DNA from: Alkalilimnicola ehrlichii MLHE-1
GTDB lineage: Bacteria; Pseudomonadota; Gammaproteobacteria; Nitrococcales; Halorhodospiraceae
DNA: 32,000 nucleotides
Direction of reading: 5' to 3'
Assembly: GCF_000014785.1 (NCBI RefSeq)
Contig: NC_008340.1
Location: 2,850,001 to 2,882,000, forward strand
The translations under genes were made by a program, and so were the position numbers. A model generated the notes under the pieces. That model was not told where the DNA came from. It ran no database searches and saw only the letters and a list, made by a program, of their open reading frames with translations. Of this stretch, positions 1 to 11,111 are shown piece after piece. Position 1 is the first letter of the stretch, and each line of letters opens with the position of its first letter.

Positions 1-1257
1 GCGGCTCAGGCATTCCACCCGGTCACGTCCCAGGTGCTTGGCCCGGTACAGGGCCTCGTCGGCCCGCCGCACGAGGGTCCTGCAGGTGTCGTCATCGCGC
101 AGGGCGCAGACCCCGAAACTGGCCGTCACCGGTGCGCCGTGGGGAAAGCGGTGGGCGGCCACCCGCTCGCGCAGCTTCTCCGCCAGCTCACCGGCCGCCG
201 CCAGCGGCGTTTCCGGCAACAGCACCATGAACTCCTCCCCGCCCCAGCGGGCGACGGTGTCGGCGGTGCGCACGTTGGCCAGCACCAGCCCGGCCAGAGC
301 CTGGAGCACGGCATCACCCGCCTCGTGGCCATGCGCGTCATTGACGGCCTTAAAGTGGTCCAGGTCAAACATCAGCAGGGACAGCGCACCACCATAGCGC
401 CGGCAGCGCTCATAGTCCCGCTCCAGGAGTTGCTCGAAGCTGAGGCGGTTGGCCAGCCCAGTGAGGGCGTCGGTGGTGGCGGCACGCTTCAGTTCCTCCT
501 CCATCCGCACCCGCTCCGTGATGTCCTTGCCGGTGGCCACGTAACGCACCACCTGGCCCTGGTCCGCCCGCACGGGGGTGATACTCTGCTCCAGGTAGAA
601 CAGCGCTCCGGAACGGTTGCGGTTCAGGAAGGTGCCGCGGAAGGTCTCGCCGCGCTCCAAGGTGGTCCAAAGGTCCCGGTAAAAGCGGGCACTCTGCTCA
701 CCGGAGTTGAGCACAGCCGGGGTCTCGCCGAGCACCTCATCGCGGCGGTACCCGGTGATTTGCTCGAAGCCGCGATTGACGTAGACGATGCACCCCTCGG
801 TGTCGGTGATGAGGATGCTGGCAGCGGAGGACTCCACCGCGGTGCTCAACAGTCGCGCCTCCTGCTCCAACTCGCGCTCGTGGGTGACATCCCGCTGGAT
901 CGACAACCAGGCGGTGATCCGGCCGCTATCGTCGCGCACCGGCGAGATCAACCACTCCACGTGGTAAGGCCGGCCGTCCTTGCGGTAATTGATGGCACTG
1001 CCCTCGAACCCCTGCCCCGCCGCCAGCCGCTGGCGCAGGGTCCGGAGCACCGCCGGATCGGTCGCCGCACCCTGCAGGATCTTGGGCGTGTGTCCGATCA
1101 GCTCCTCCCGCGTGTAGCCGGTCATGCGCTCGAAGGCGGCGTTGACATAACGGATCCGCTGCCCGGCACCCTCCAGCCCGGGGTCGGTGACCACGACGGC
1201 GTTGTAGGACTGCTCCACCGCCGCCCTCAACAGGCTCTCATCCAGCCCCTGCTCCAT
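1..1257 (-). CDS. PAS-PAS-GGDEF diguanylate cyclase; the 3' end runs off the left edge of the window
   Basis: Absent from the ORF track because there is no stop inside the window. Reverse-strand translation from the ATG at 1257-1255 reads MEQGLDESLLRAAVEQSYNAVVVTDP..RIRYVNAAFERMTGYTREELIGHTPKILQG (PAS 1), then ..ASILITDTEGCIVYVNRGFEQITGYRRDEVLGETPAVLNSGEQ (PAS 2), then ..TDALTGLANRLSFEQLLERDYERCRRYGGALSLLMFDLDHFKAVNDAHGHEAGDAVLQ..ARWGGEEFMVLLPET..RADEALYRAKHLGRDRVECLSR. The GGEEF motif is present. The frame ends exactly at base 1. Confidence 0.85.
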   Translation of the reverse strand, partial: MEQGLDESLLRAAVEQSYNAVVVTDPGLEGAGQRIRYVNAAFERMTGYTREELIGHTPKILQGAATDPAVLRTLRQRLAAGQGFEGSAINYRKDGRPYHVEWLISPVRDDSGRITAWLSIQRDVTHERELEQEARLLSTAVESSAASILITDTEGCIVYVNRGFEQITGYRRDEVLGETPAVLNSGEQSARFYRDLWTTLERGETFRGTFLNRNRSGALFYLEQSITPVRADQGQVVRYVATGKDITERVRMEEELKRAATTDALTGLANRLSFEQLLERDYERCRRYGGALSLLMFDLDHFKAVNDAHGHEAGDAVLQALAGLVLANVRTADTVARWGGEEFMVLLPETPLAAAGELAEKLRERVAAHRFPHGAPVTASFGVCALRDDDTCRTLVRRADEALYRAKHLGRDRVECLSR

Positions 1258-1465
1258 ATCCGGACCTCGACCATGGGTGTCCCTAAGGTGTTTATGGTAG
1301 CGGATGTCGGCTCCGATTGTTCGGTGTGGTGGGGGAATGCCGCTGTGATGCAGTGACCGCCCCCTGCGACGCACCCTGATGTGCCATGATCATGGCGAGA
1401 CAAGCCATCCAGCGGGGTAACGGCCAGCGGCCCGCCACCACCCCGCGAGCGGAGGATCGCCGGTC

Positions 1466-3157
1466 ATGCCACAACCGCCCCAATCACCGCCCGCCCCCTC
1501 ACCTCGCCGGTCACAGCCGCGGGGCCGCCGCCCCCGCCCCGCGGACATCCGGGCGGTGCGGGCGGTATCCGGCGGCCTGCCCCCTACCCGGGACCTGCTC
1601 ATCGAACACCTGCACTGCCTGCAGGACCACTACGGCCACCTCAAGGCCGAGCACCTGGTGGCATTGGCCCACGAACTAAACCTCGCCCCGGCCGAGGTTT
1701 ATGAGGTGGCCACCTTCTACCACCACTTTGACGTGGTCCACGACAATGCGGCGCCACCACCGCCAATCACCGTCCGCGTCTGTGACGCCATCGGCTGCGC
1801 GCTCTCCGGCGCCGATGACCTGGTGCAGGCGTTGGAGGCCGGACTCGGGGACGGGGTGCGGGTCCAACGGGTGCCCTGCGTGGGCCGTTGCGACCAGGCC
1901 CCGGTGGCGGTGGTCGGGTGCAACCCGGTGGGGCAGGCATCGCTGGCGACGGTTCAGGCCCGGATCGCGCAACGGGCGCTGCGGCCCGAGCTGCCGGCAG
2001 GCACCGTCAGGTACAGCGCCTATCGCGCCGCCGGCGGCTACCGGGTCTTGGCCGATTGCCTGTCCGGTCGCCGTGAGCCCGCGTCTGTGATCGACACCCT
2101 GGAGCGGGCCGGCCTCCGGGGCATGGGCGGGGCCGGTTTCCCCGCCGGGCGCAAGTGGCGCACCCTACGCGACCAGCCCGCCCCCCGCCACGTGGTGGTG
2201 AACATCGACGAGGGGGAACCCGGCACCTTCAAGGACCGCCACTACCTGGAATCGGACCCCCACCGCTTCCTGGAGGGGGCCCTGATCGCCGCCTGGGCCA
2301 TCGAGGCCGATGCGATCTGGCTCTACCTGCGGGACGAATACGCCGCCGCCAGGGCCCTGCTGCGCCAGTGTCTGGCCGAGCTGCAGGCCGATCCGCCCGG
2401 TCCCCTGCCCGCCATGCACCTGCGGCGCGGGGCCGGGGCCTACATCTGCGGCGAGGAGTCGGCCCTGATCGAGTCCATCGAGGGCAAGCGCGGCCTGCCC
2501 CGGCTCCGGCCGCCCCTGGTGGCCCAGGTGGGGCTCTTCGGCCACCCCACCCTGGCCCACAACCTGGAGACCCTGCACTGGGTGCGCGACATCCTGGCGC
2601 ACGGCGCGGACTGGTTCGCCGACCAGGGCCGGCACGGGCGCCAGGGGCTGCGCAGCTACTCGGTGAGCGGCCGGGTGCGCCACCCCGGGGTCCACCTGGC
2701 GCCGGCCGGCATCACCCTGCGCGAGCTCATCGACGAGTACTGCGGCGGCATGGCCCCCGGGCACGAACTCAAGGCCTTCTTCCCCGGCGGGGCCTCCGGC
2801 GGCATCCTGCCGGCGGCCGCTGCTGACACCCCGCTGGACTTCGACACCCTGCAGGCCTACGACCCGCACTGCTTCATCGGCTCGGCGGCGGTCATCGTAC
2901 TCTCCCAACAGGACAGCGTGCGCGAGGCCGCCCTCAACGCCATGCGCTTCTTCCAGCACGAGTCCTGCGGCCAGTGCACCCCCTGCCGGGTGGGCACCGC
3001 CAAGGCCGCCGCCCTAATGGCGCGGCCGGTCTGGGACGCGCCCCTGCTGGAGGAGCTGGCCGACTGCATGGCCGACGCCTCCATCTGCGGCTTGGGCCAG
3101 GCGGCGCCCAACCCGCTGCGCTGCGTGCTCAAGTATTTCCCGGAGGAGGTGCGCTGA
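1466..3157 (+). CDS. NAD-dependent formate dehydrogenase diaphorase subunit (fused NuoE-like gamma and NuoF-like beta modules)
   Basis: The ATG at 1466 is preceded by GGAGGA (1451-1456). The N-terminal part is thioredoxin-like 2Fe-2S (VCDAIGC...CVGRCDQAP). The NuoF-like part has GMGGAGFPAGRKW (FMN site) and ESCGQCTPCRVG (4Fe-4S). The stop overlaps the next start (TGATG). Confidence 0.9.
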   Translation: MPQPPQSPPAPSPRRSQPRGRRPRPADIRAVRAVSGGLPPTRDLLIEHLHCLQDHYGHLKAEHLVALAHELNLAPAEVYEVATFYHHFDVVHDNAAPPPPITVRVCDAIGCALSGADDLVQALEAGLGDGVRVQRVPCVGRCDQAPVAVVGCNPVGQASLATVQARIAQRALRPELPAGTVRYSAYRAAGGYRVLADCLSGRREPASVIDTLERAGLRGMGGAGFPAGRKWRTLRDQPAPRHVVVNIDEGEPGTFKDRHYLESDPHRFLEGALIAAWAIEADAIWLYLRDEYAAARALLRQCLAELQADPPGPLPAMHLRRGAGAYICGEESALIESIEGKRGLPRLRPPLVAQVGLFGHPTLAHNLETLHWVRDILAHGADWFADQGRHGRQGLRSYSVSGRVRHPGVHLAPAGITLRELIDEYCGGMAPGHELKAFFPGGASGGILPAAAADTPLDFDTLQAYDPHCFIGSAAVIVLSQQDSVREAALNAMRFFQHESCGQCTPCRVGTAKAAALMARPVWDAPLLEELADCMADASICGLGQAAPNPLRCVLKYFPEEVR

Positions 3158-5940
3158 TGACCCGACCGGCGTCCGACACCACCCGGGCCATCACCTTCAC
3201 CCTGGATGGCGAGACGGTCACCGCAGGCCCCGGCGAGACCCTGCTGCAGGTGGCCCGGCGTCAGGGTCAGGCCCTCCCCACCCTCTGCCACCAGCCCGGT
3301 TACCGCCCGGCGGGCAACTGCCGCGCCTGCATGGTGGAGATCGAGGGGGAACGGGTGCTGGCCCCCGCCTGCGTCCGCCAGCCCAGCCCCGGCATGGTGG
3401 TCCACAGCACCAGCGGGCGCGCCGCCCGGGCCCGGCGGATGGTGCTGGAGCTGTTGCAGTCGGACATGCCGGCGGCGGCCCGAACCCCCGACAACGAACT
3501 GCAGCAATGGTGTGACCGGCTGGGGGTGGACGCCCCCCGTTTCCCGGCGCGATCGCAGCCCGCGCCGGACGCCAGCCACCCGGCCATGAGCGTGCGCCTG
3601 GACGCCTGCATCCAGTGCACCCGCTGCCTGCGCGCCTGCCGCGAGGAGCAGGCCAACGACGTCATCGGCATGGCCCATCGCGGGGACCGCACCGCCGTGG
3701 TCTTCGACCTGGCCGACCCCATGGGGCGCTCCTCCTGCGTGGCCTGTGGCGAGTGCGTCCAGGCCTGCCCCACCGGCGCCCTGCTGCCGGCGGGCGACCG
3801 CCCCCCGGAAGCCCCCGACCGCCGGGTGGACTCCGTCTGCCCCTGGTGCGGTGTCGGCTGCCTGCTCACCTACGAATTGAAAGGGGAGCGCATCCTACGC
3901 GTGCAGGGCCGACCGGATGGCCCCGCCAACCGGGGCCGGCTCTGCGTCAAGGGCCGCTTCGGCCAGGACTACGTCCGCCACCCGGGCCGCCTGACCCGAC
4001 CGCTGATCCGCCGCAAGGACGCCCCCAAGACCCTCCCGGTGGATTTCGACCCCGGTGCCCCGCTGCGCTACTTCCGGGAGGCGGACTGGGAGGAAGCCCT
4101 GGACCGGGCCGCCGACGGGCTGCTTCGCATCCGCGACCGCCACGGCCCCCGGGCGCTGGCCGGTTTCGGCTCGGCCAAGGGCTCCAACGAGGAGGCCTAT
4201 CTCTTCCAGAAGCTGGTCCGCACCGGTTTCGGCAGCAACAACGTGGACCACTGCACCCGGCTCTGCCACGCCTCCTCGGTGGCCGCCCTGATGGAGGGGT
4301 TGGGCTCGGGGGCCGTCTCCAACCCGGTGAGCGACGTGGCCCACTGCGAGCTGATCCTGGTCATCGGCGCCAACCCCACGGTCAACCATCCGGTGGCGGC
4401 CACCTTCATGAAGAACGCAGCCCGGGCGGGCAAGCACCTGGTGGTGATGGACCCGCGCCGCACCGAGCTGGCGCGCGAGGCCGACCGGTTCCTGCAGTTC
4501 CGCCCGGACACCGACGTGGCCCTGCTCAACGCCATGATGCACACCATCATCGAGGAGGGGCTCACCGACGAGGGCTTCATCGCCGAGCGCACCGAGGGCT
4601 TCGAGGCCCTGCGCGATAGGGTGATGGCCGACTACAGCCCGGAGGCCATGGCCCCGGTCTGCGGCATCCCGGCCAGGACCATCCGCGAGGTGGCCCGCCA
4701 GTACGCCCGCTCCCGCTCGATGATCTTCTGGGGCATGGGCGTCTCCCAGCACGTGCACGGCACCGACAACGCCCGCTGCCTGATCGCCCTGGCGCTGATG
4801 ACCGGCAACCTGGGCCGGGAGGGCACCGGGCTGCACCCCCTGCGGGGTCAGAACAACGTCCAGGGGGCCTCCGATGCGGGGCTGATCCCCATGTTCTACC
4901 CCAACTACGCCCCGGTGGGCGACCCCGACACCCGGCGCTGGTTCGAGCGTTTCTGGGGCGTGGCGGCCCTCGACCCGGAGCCCGGGCTCACCGTGGTGGA
5001 GGTGGTGGACGCCATCCACGCCGGGGGCGTTCGCGGCATGTACATCCTGGGCGAGAACCCGGCCATGTCCGACCCCGACCTGAACCACGCCCGGGAGGCC
5101 CTGGCCCGGCTGGACCACCTGGTGGTGCAGGACATCTTCCTCACCGAGACCGCCGCCTTCGCCGACGTGGTGCTGCCCGCCTCCGCCTTCCCGGAGAAGA
5201 GCGGCAGCTTCACCAACACCGACCGTCGGGTGCAGATCGGCCGCCAGGCCCTCGACCCGCCCGGCGACGCCCGCCAGGACTGGTGGCTGATCCAGGCCAT
5301 CGCCCGGCGCATGGGCCTGGACTGGCAGTACGACGGCGTGGCCGCAGTGTTCGAGGAGATGCGCCGGGCCATGCCCGCCATCCGCGGCATCACCTGGACA
5401 CGACTGCAACGGGAGGACTCGGTCACCTACCCCTGTGATACGGAGGCGGACCCGGGCCAGCCGGTGCTCTTCCGCGACCGCTTCCCCCGTGGCCGGGGCC
5501 GCTTCGTCCCCGCCCCCTTCAGCAGGGCGGACGAACTGCCCGACCAGGCCTACCCCTGGGTGCTGATCACCGGCCGCCAGCTCGAACACTGGCACACCGG
5601 TGCGATGACCCGGCGCTCCCGGGTACTGGATGCGCTGGAGCCGGCGCCCACCGTCTGCCTCCACCCGGAGGACCTGGCGGCACTGGGGGCGAGCCCCGGC
5701 GAGGCGGTGACCCTGCACTCCCGGCGCGGGCGGTTGACCGCCTACGCCCGGGCGGACGACGGCCTGCAGCGGGGCGAGGTCTTTCTGCCCTTCGCCTACG
5801 TGGAGGCCGCCGCCAACCTGCTCACCAACGCGGCCCTGGACCCCTGGGGCAAGATCCCGGAGTTCAAGTTCTGCGCGGTGCGGATCAGCGCCGGCGGCCA
5901 GGTACCGGCGGCCCGCTTCGGGATTGCGCCGACGGCCTGA
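3157..5940 (+). CDS. fdhF: Formate dehydrogenase alpha subunit (NuoG-like Fe-S N-terminus plus Mo-bisMGD catalytic domain), Cys-type
   Basis: The ATG at 3157 overlaps the upstream stop (TGATG, 3155-3159). The track start at 2974 lies inside the upstream gene. Motifs seen: 2Fe-2S ferredoxin (CHQPGYRPAGNCRAC), two 4Fe-4S motifs (CIQCTRCLRAC and CVACGECVQACP), and a Mo/W-bisMGD 4Fe-4S (CPWCGVGCLL). The long molybdopterin oxidoreductase body contains DHCTRLCHASSV, with Cys at the position that is Sec in selenoenzymes. Confidence 0.92.
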   Translation: MTRPASDTTRAITFTLDGETVTAGPGETLLQVARRQGQALPTLCHQPGYRPAGNCRACMVEIEGERVLAPACVRQPSPGMVVHSTSGRAARARRMVLELLQSDMPAAARTPDNELQQWCDRLGVDAPRFPARSQPAPDASHPAMSVRLDACIQCTRCLRACREEQANDVIGMAHRGDRTAVVFDLADPMGRSSCVACGECVQACPTGALLPAGDRPPEAPDRRVDSVCPWCGVGCLLTYELKGERILRVQGRPDGPANRGRLCVKGRFGQDYVRHPGRLTRPLIRRKDAPKTLPVDFDPGAPLRYFREADWEEALDRAADGLLRIRDRHGPRALAGFGSAKGSNEEAYLFQKLVRTGFGSNNVDHCTRLCHASSVAALMEGLGSGAVSNPVSDVAHCELILVIGANPTVNHPVAATFMKNAARAGKHLVVMDPRRTELAREADRFLQFRPDTDVALLNAMMHTIIEEGLTDEGFIAERTEGFEALRDRVMADYSPEAMAPVCGIPARTIREVARQYARSRSMIFWGMGVSQHVHGTDNARCLIALALMTGNLGREGTGLHPLRGQNNVQGASDAGLIPMFYPNYAPVGDPDTRRWFERFWGVAALDPEPGLTVVEVVDAIHAGGVRGMYILGENPAMSDPDLNHAREALARLDHLVVQDIFLTETAAFADVVLPASAFPEKSGSFTNTDRRVQIGRQALDPPGDARQDWWLIQAIARRMGLDWQYDGVAAVFEEMRRAMPAIRGITWTRLQREDSVTYPCDTEADPGQPVLFRDRFPRGRGRFVPAPFSRADELPDQAYPWVLITGRQLEHWHTGAMTRRSRVLDALEPAPTVCLHPEDLAALGASPGEAVTLHSRRGRLTAYARADDGLQRGEVFLPFAYVEAAANLLTNAALDPWGKIPEFKFCAVRISAGGQVPAARFGIAPTA

Positions 5941-5985
5941 ACCACGGCCACGGCGCGGGGCCCCGGCGGGTCGCACGGCCTCCGA

Positions 5986-7752
5986 TCAGGGCGCCACGCC
6001 CAGGGCGGTGCCCTCCCGCCTCGGGTCGGCGGCCCCGTGGCGCACCCCGTCACCGTCCACGAAGATGGCGTGCACCCCGCTGGTCATCCCCCGCACCGAC
6101 ACCTCGTGGCCGCGCTCGCGCAGAGCCCCGGCCAGCGCCTCGCTGCCCTCCACCGCCTCCAGCTTGGTGGGGCCGTTGCGGTTGTTCCAGTTGGGTGCCG
6201 CCACCGCCTCGGCCAGGGGCGCCCCCTCCCCCAGCACCAGCGCCAGGTGGCGGGCGGTGTAGCCGATGATCCAGGGGCCGCCCGGCGAGCCCACGGCCAG
6301 GCGCAGGGCATCGTCCTCGAAGGCCAGGGTGGGCGACATGGCGCTCATGGGGCGCTTGCCGGGGGCCACCCGGTTGGCCACCGGGTCGCCATTCCCGTCC
6401 TCCGGTTCGAAGGCGAAGTCGGTCAACTGATTGTTGAGGATAAAGCCGCGCACGAACAGCCCGGAGCCGAAGGGCATCTCCACCGACGAGGTCATGGACA
6501 CGGCATTGCCTTGGGCATCCACGATGGAGAGGTGGGAGGTGGAGGGGCGCGCCGGTCTCCGGGGCATGGCGGCCTGCTCCGGCTCCAGGGCTAACCCGGC
6601 CTCCGCCTCGCCCATGCTCCGGACCGGGTCGATCAGGGCAGCCCGTTCGTCCAGGTAGTCGGCGTCCAGCAGGTCGGCCACCGGCACCGGCTCGTGGTCC
6701 GGATCGGCGGCGAAACGGGCCCGGTCCGCGTAGGCCAGGCGCGAGGCCTCCGCCAGCAGGTGCGCCCGATCGGCCTCATCCTCCGGCGGGTGGACGGCCT
6801 CGGCCCGTTCCAGCAGCCCCAGGATCTGCAGCACGACGAAGCCGCCGGCGGGGGGTGGGGCGCTGCAGACCCGGTGCCCGGCGTAGGGCGCACAGACCGG
6901 CTCCCGCACCTCCGCCCGGTAGCCGGCCATATCCTCCAGGGTCAACCGGCCCGGGTTGTGGGCCGCCCCCTGCACGGCGTCGACGATAGCCTCGGCGATG
7001 GGGCCGGTGTAAAAGGCCTCCGCCCCCGCCTCGGCGATCCGGCTCAGGGTGTCGGCCAGTGCCGGGTTGCGCAGGCGTTGGCCCACCGGCAGGGGCTCGC
7101 CCTCGTCGGTGTGGAAATAGGCCCGGGCGGCCTCATTGTCGAGGATGGCCCACTCCCGCTGAAGGATGTCGTTCAGACGGGGACTGACCTCGAACCCTTC
7201 CCGGGCCAGCTCGATGGCCGGTTGGAACAGCTCCGCCCAGGGCCGGGCGCCGTGCCGCGCATGGGCCTGCTCGAACAGCCGCACCACGCCGGGGACACCC
7301 ACGGCGAGGCCGCCGCTGACCGCCTCCCGGAAGTCCATGGGCTCGCCATCCTGCAGGAAGAGCCCGGCGTCAGCGGCCGCCGGCGCGGTCTCGCGACCGT
7401 CGTAGGCCAGGGTCTCACCGGTCCCGGCGTCGTGATGGAGCAGGAAGGCGCCGCCACCGATGCCGCTGGACTGGGGCTCCACCAGGGTAAGCACCAACTG
7501 CGCGGCGATGGCGGCATCCACCGCGCTGCCCCCGGCGGCGAGCAGTTCATGGGCCGCCCGGGTGGCGTGGGGGTTGGCGGTCACCGCCATGGCCCCCTCG
7601 GTCTGGGCGCTGCGCTTCTCCTCCGGTACCCAGGGCTGGACGTCGCCGCTGGCGTTGGCTGCCATCAACAGGGCGACCAGGGCACACGCCGCCGGTAACA
7701 GGCGGAGGCGCCAGCGGCGCATCGGGGCGGGTGGTGGCAAGGGTTCACTCAT
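5986..7752 (-). CDS. ggt: Gamma-glutamyltransferase
   Basis: ATG at 7752. The N-terminus looks like a signal peptide (RRWRLRLLPAACALVALLMAANASG). The autoprocessing/catalytic Thr context is RPSTSHLSIVDAQGNAVSMTSSVEMPFGSGL. The whole length reads as GGT-like. Confidence 0.9.
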   Translation of the reverse strand: MSEPLPPPAPMRRWRLRLLPAACALVALLMAANASGDVQPWVPEEKRSAQTEGAMAVTANPHATRAAHELLAAGGSAVDAAIAAQLVLTLVEPQSSGIGGGAFLLHHDAGTGETLAYDGRETAPAAADAGLFLQDGEPMDFREAVSGGLAVGVPGVVRLFEQAHARHGARPWAELFQPAIELAREGFEVSPRLNDILQREWAILDNEAARAYFHTDEGEPLPVGQRLRNPALADTLSRIAEAGAEAFYTGPIAEAIVDAVQGAAHNPGRLTLEDMAGYRAEVREPVCAPYAGHRVCSAPPPAGGFVVLQILGLLERAEAVHPPEDEADRAHLLAEASRLAYADRARFAADPDHEPVPVADLLDADYLDERAALIDPVRSMGEAEAGLALEPEQAAMPRRPARPSTSHLSIVDAQGNAVSMTSSVEMPFGSGLFVRGFILNNQLTDFAFEPEDGNGDPVANRVAPGKRPMSAMSPTLAFEDDALRLAVGSPGGPWIIGYTARHLALVLGEGAPLAEAVAAPNWNNRNGPTKLEAVEGSEALAGALRERGHEVSVRGMTSGVHAIFVDGDGVRHGAADPRREGTALGVAP

Positions 7753-7965
7753 GTCGGTCTATCCAGCCGTGCGTTGTTTTCAGCTTGCCGTGTATGCTCG
7801 CTATTGACGCGCCGCGGGGCGCTCCTGCGAAGATGACGGCATGACCACGCAATACTACTTTTACGAACCGGGCAAGGGGCACGGGCTGGCCCAGCGCTTT
7901 CGCATGCACCGGCCCGGCTGAGGCCGACGCCGGCCCGGTGGCTTGCCGCCTACCGGGCCGGGCGC

Positions 7966-8904
7966 TTACAGGGGCTTCAGCCGGCGTTCAATGGCCTCCC
8001 GCCGGGGCTCCAGGAAGGGCGGCAGCGCCAGGGATTCGCCCAGGTGCTCCAGCGGTTCATCCGTCGCGAACCCGGGCCCGTCGCTGGCCAGTTCCATGAG
8101 GATCCCGTTGGGCTCCCGGAAATAGAGGCTGCGAAAGTAGAAGCGGTCCACCGGGCCGCTGTTGGGCAGGCGGATCTCGGCCAGGTGGCGGGCCCAGGCC
8201 TCGTACTCCTCGTCCGCCACCCGGAAGGCCACGTGGTGCACCCCGCCGGCCCCCGGGCCGGCAGGGGCCCGGCCCGGTTCCTCGGCGACATGCAACTCCG
8301 CGCCGGCGCCCCCGGGGCCCATGGCGTACACCCGCACCGCCACCCCGTCATCCCGGTAGCGGCGCGCCTCCCGCATCCCCAGGGCACCGGTCAGCAGGGC
8401 GTCCAGCGCCTCGGGCTCGCGGACGCTGAGGGTGATGGGGCCCAGGCCCCGGATCTGGTAGTCCAGGGGTACCGGGCTGGCGGACCAGGGCCGGGCGGGC
8501 TCGCCCTCACCACCGTCGTCCACCAGGCTCAGGCGCTGCCCTTCCGAGTCCTCGAAGTCGATAACCCGGCGGCCGTCGCGGGTGGCGATCCCACCGCAGG
8601 GGACGCCGGCGGCCTCCAGGCGGGCCTGCCACCACGCCAGAGCCTCCTCGCCGGCCACCCGCAGCGCAGTGCGGCAGATGCTCTGGCTCCCCCGCCGCTC
8701 CGGGGGCGCGGGGAAATCGAAGAAGGTGATGTCGGTACCCGGCGAGCCCTCGCCGTCGGCGTAGAACAGATGATACGCCTCGGTCTGGTCCTGGTTGACC
8801 GTCTTCTTGACCAGCCGCATGCCCAGGGTGCCGGTGTAGAAGGCCAGGTTGCCCGGGGCGTCCGCCGTGACGGCGGTAAGATGGTGAATGCCTTTCAGTT
8901 GCAT
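7966..8904 (-). CDS. VOC (glyoxalase/bleomycin-resistance/dioxygenase) family ring-cleaving dioxygenase, two-domain
   Basis: ATG at 8904 with GGGAGA upstream. The N-terminus [65 protein letters not shown] is typical of this family. A second VOC domain contains [10 protein letters not shown]. Confidence 0.8.
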   Translation of the reverse strand: MQLKGIHHLTAVTADAPGNLAFYTGTLGMRLVKKTVNQDQTEAYHLFYADGEGSPGTDITFFDFPAPPERRGSQSICRTALRVAGEEALAWWQARLEAAGVPCGGIATRDGRRVIDFEDSEGQRLSLVDDGGEGEPARPWSASPVPLDYQIRGLGPITLSVREPEALDALLTGALGMREARRYRDDGVAVRVYAMGPGGAGAELHVAEEPGRAPAGPGAGGVHHVAFRVADEEYEAWARHLAEIRLPNSGPVDRFYFRSLYFREPNGILMELASDGPGFATDEPLEHLGESLALPPFLEPRREAIERRLKPL

Positions 8905-9071
8905 GGTGTCGTCTCCCGTAACCCGTTATCCCGTCCGTCCAGATCGGCCCGCCAAGCCGCTCCACAAAGGGTGGCATGGCGCGTGAACGAACGCAGCGAT
9001 CCGGGCAGGTACGGGGCAATCGCCCGCAGCCGGGCACACCGATCCGCGGGGCGAGGTTCGGGAGGGGGATA

Positions 9072-9148
9072 TGGTGGGCCCGGCAGGACTTGAACCTGCG
9101 ACCAAGCGATTATGAGTCGCCTGCTCTGACCAACTGAGCTACAGGCCC
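9072..9148 (-). tRNA. tRNA with CAU anticodon, most likely tRNA-Ile2 (lysidine-modified) rather than elongator Met
   Basis: The reverse complement is GGGCCTGTAGCTCAGTTGGTCAGAGCAGGCGACTCATAATCGCTTGGTCGCAGGTTCAAGTCCTGCCGGGCCCACCA. It folds as a cloverleaf with an encoded CCA. As I recall, the anticodon arm and variable region GGCGACTCATAATCGCTTGGTCGC match E. coli ileX. The position just downstream of rpoD also parallels E. coli. Confidence 0.9.
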
Positions 9149-9174
9149 GACGGGCAAGCAGTATATACCGAGGA

Positions 9175-9197
9175 CCGGGCCGGGGTCACCGGCCCGG
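9175..9197 (-). terminator. GC-rich hairpin downstream of rpoD (possible terminator; no clear U-tract)
   Basis: CCGGGCCGG-ggtca-CCGGCCCGG, a 9-bp perfect stem lying 20 nt after the rpoD stop. Confidence 0.35.
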
Positions 9198-9216
9198 CCA
9201 GCGGTTCATCGGGCGT

Positions 9217-11013
<1,797 letters not shown>

Positions 11014-11111
11014 AGAGTACAGTTACCTGAGGCGACGATAATCTTGCCGGGGGCCGTTCGGTGAACCCGGCAGTATAGGTTGCGGCGTGGCTCAATGGCA
11101 AGACCACTCCG

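Noticed and set aside
34-1356. 440-aa plus-strand ORF, the longest ORF listed at the left edge.
   Set aside because: It is the antisense shadow of the minus-strand PAS-PAS-GGDEF gene. The minus frame gives clear PAS and GGEEF motifs, while the plus-frame product is low-complexity (Ala/Gly/Leu/Pro/Arg-rich) with no recognisable domain.
2974-3156. Upstream extensions implied by track ORF starts: 2974 for fdhF, 16175 for folK, 16648 for the midA-like gene, 24799 for ubiD, 30482 for csp, 31521 for EVE, and 22036, 23181, 15493 and 27856 (non-ATG starts).
   Set aside because: The extensions overlap the preceding gene or add non-homologous Arg/Pro-rich sequence. Internal ATGs with an RBS or ATGA/TGATG coupling line up with the N-termini of known family members.
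3157-5940. Looked for an in-frame TGA (selenocysteine) and a SECIS element in the formate dehydrogenase alpha gene.
   Set aside because: The reading frame is uninterrupted, and the active-site position is encoded as Cys (..DHCTRLCHASSV..).
3895-5976. 693-aa minus-strand ORF opposite the formate dehydrogenase alpha gene. Similar long antisense ORFs occur at 6694-7698, 8044-9093, 9346-11064, 11199-13046, 16660-18084, 19535-20581, 22114-23202, 23288-24682, 25406-27424, 28227-29633 and 29760-30485.
   Set aside because: These are stop-codon-poor shadows, typical of GC-rich DNA. Each lies opposite a gene with unambiguous family motifs. Their translations are Gly/Ala/Arg/Pro/Val-rich and motif-free.
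7930-7962. Hairpin CCGGCCCGGT..ACCGGGCCGG just downstream of the VOC dioxygenase stop, considered as an intrinsic terminator.
   Set aside because: There is no U-tract on the relevant strand and the stem is imperfect. It is plausible as a structural element but not supportable as a terminator from sequence alone.
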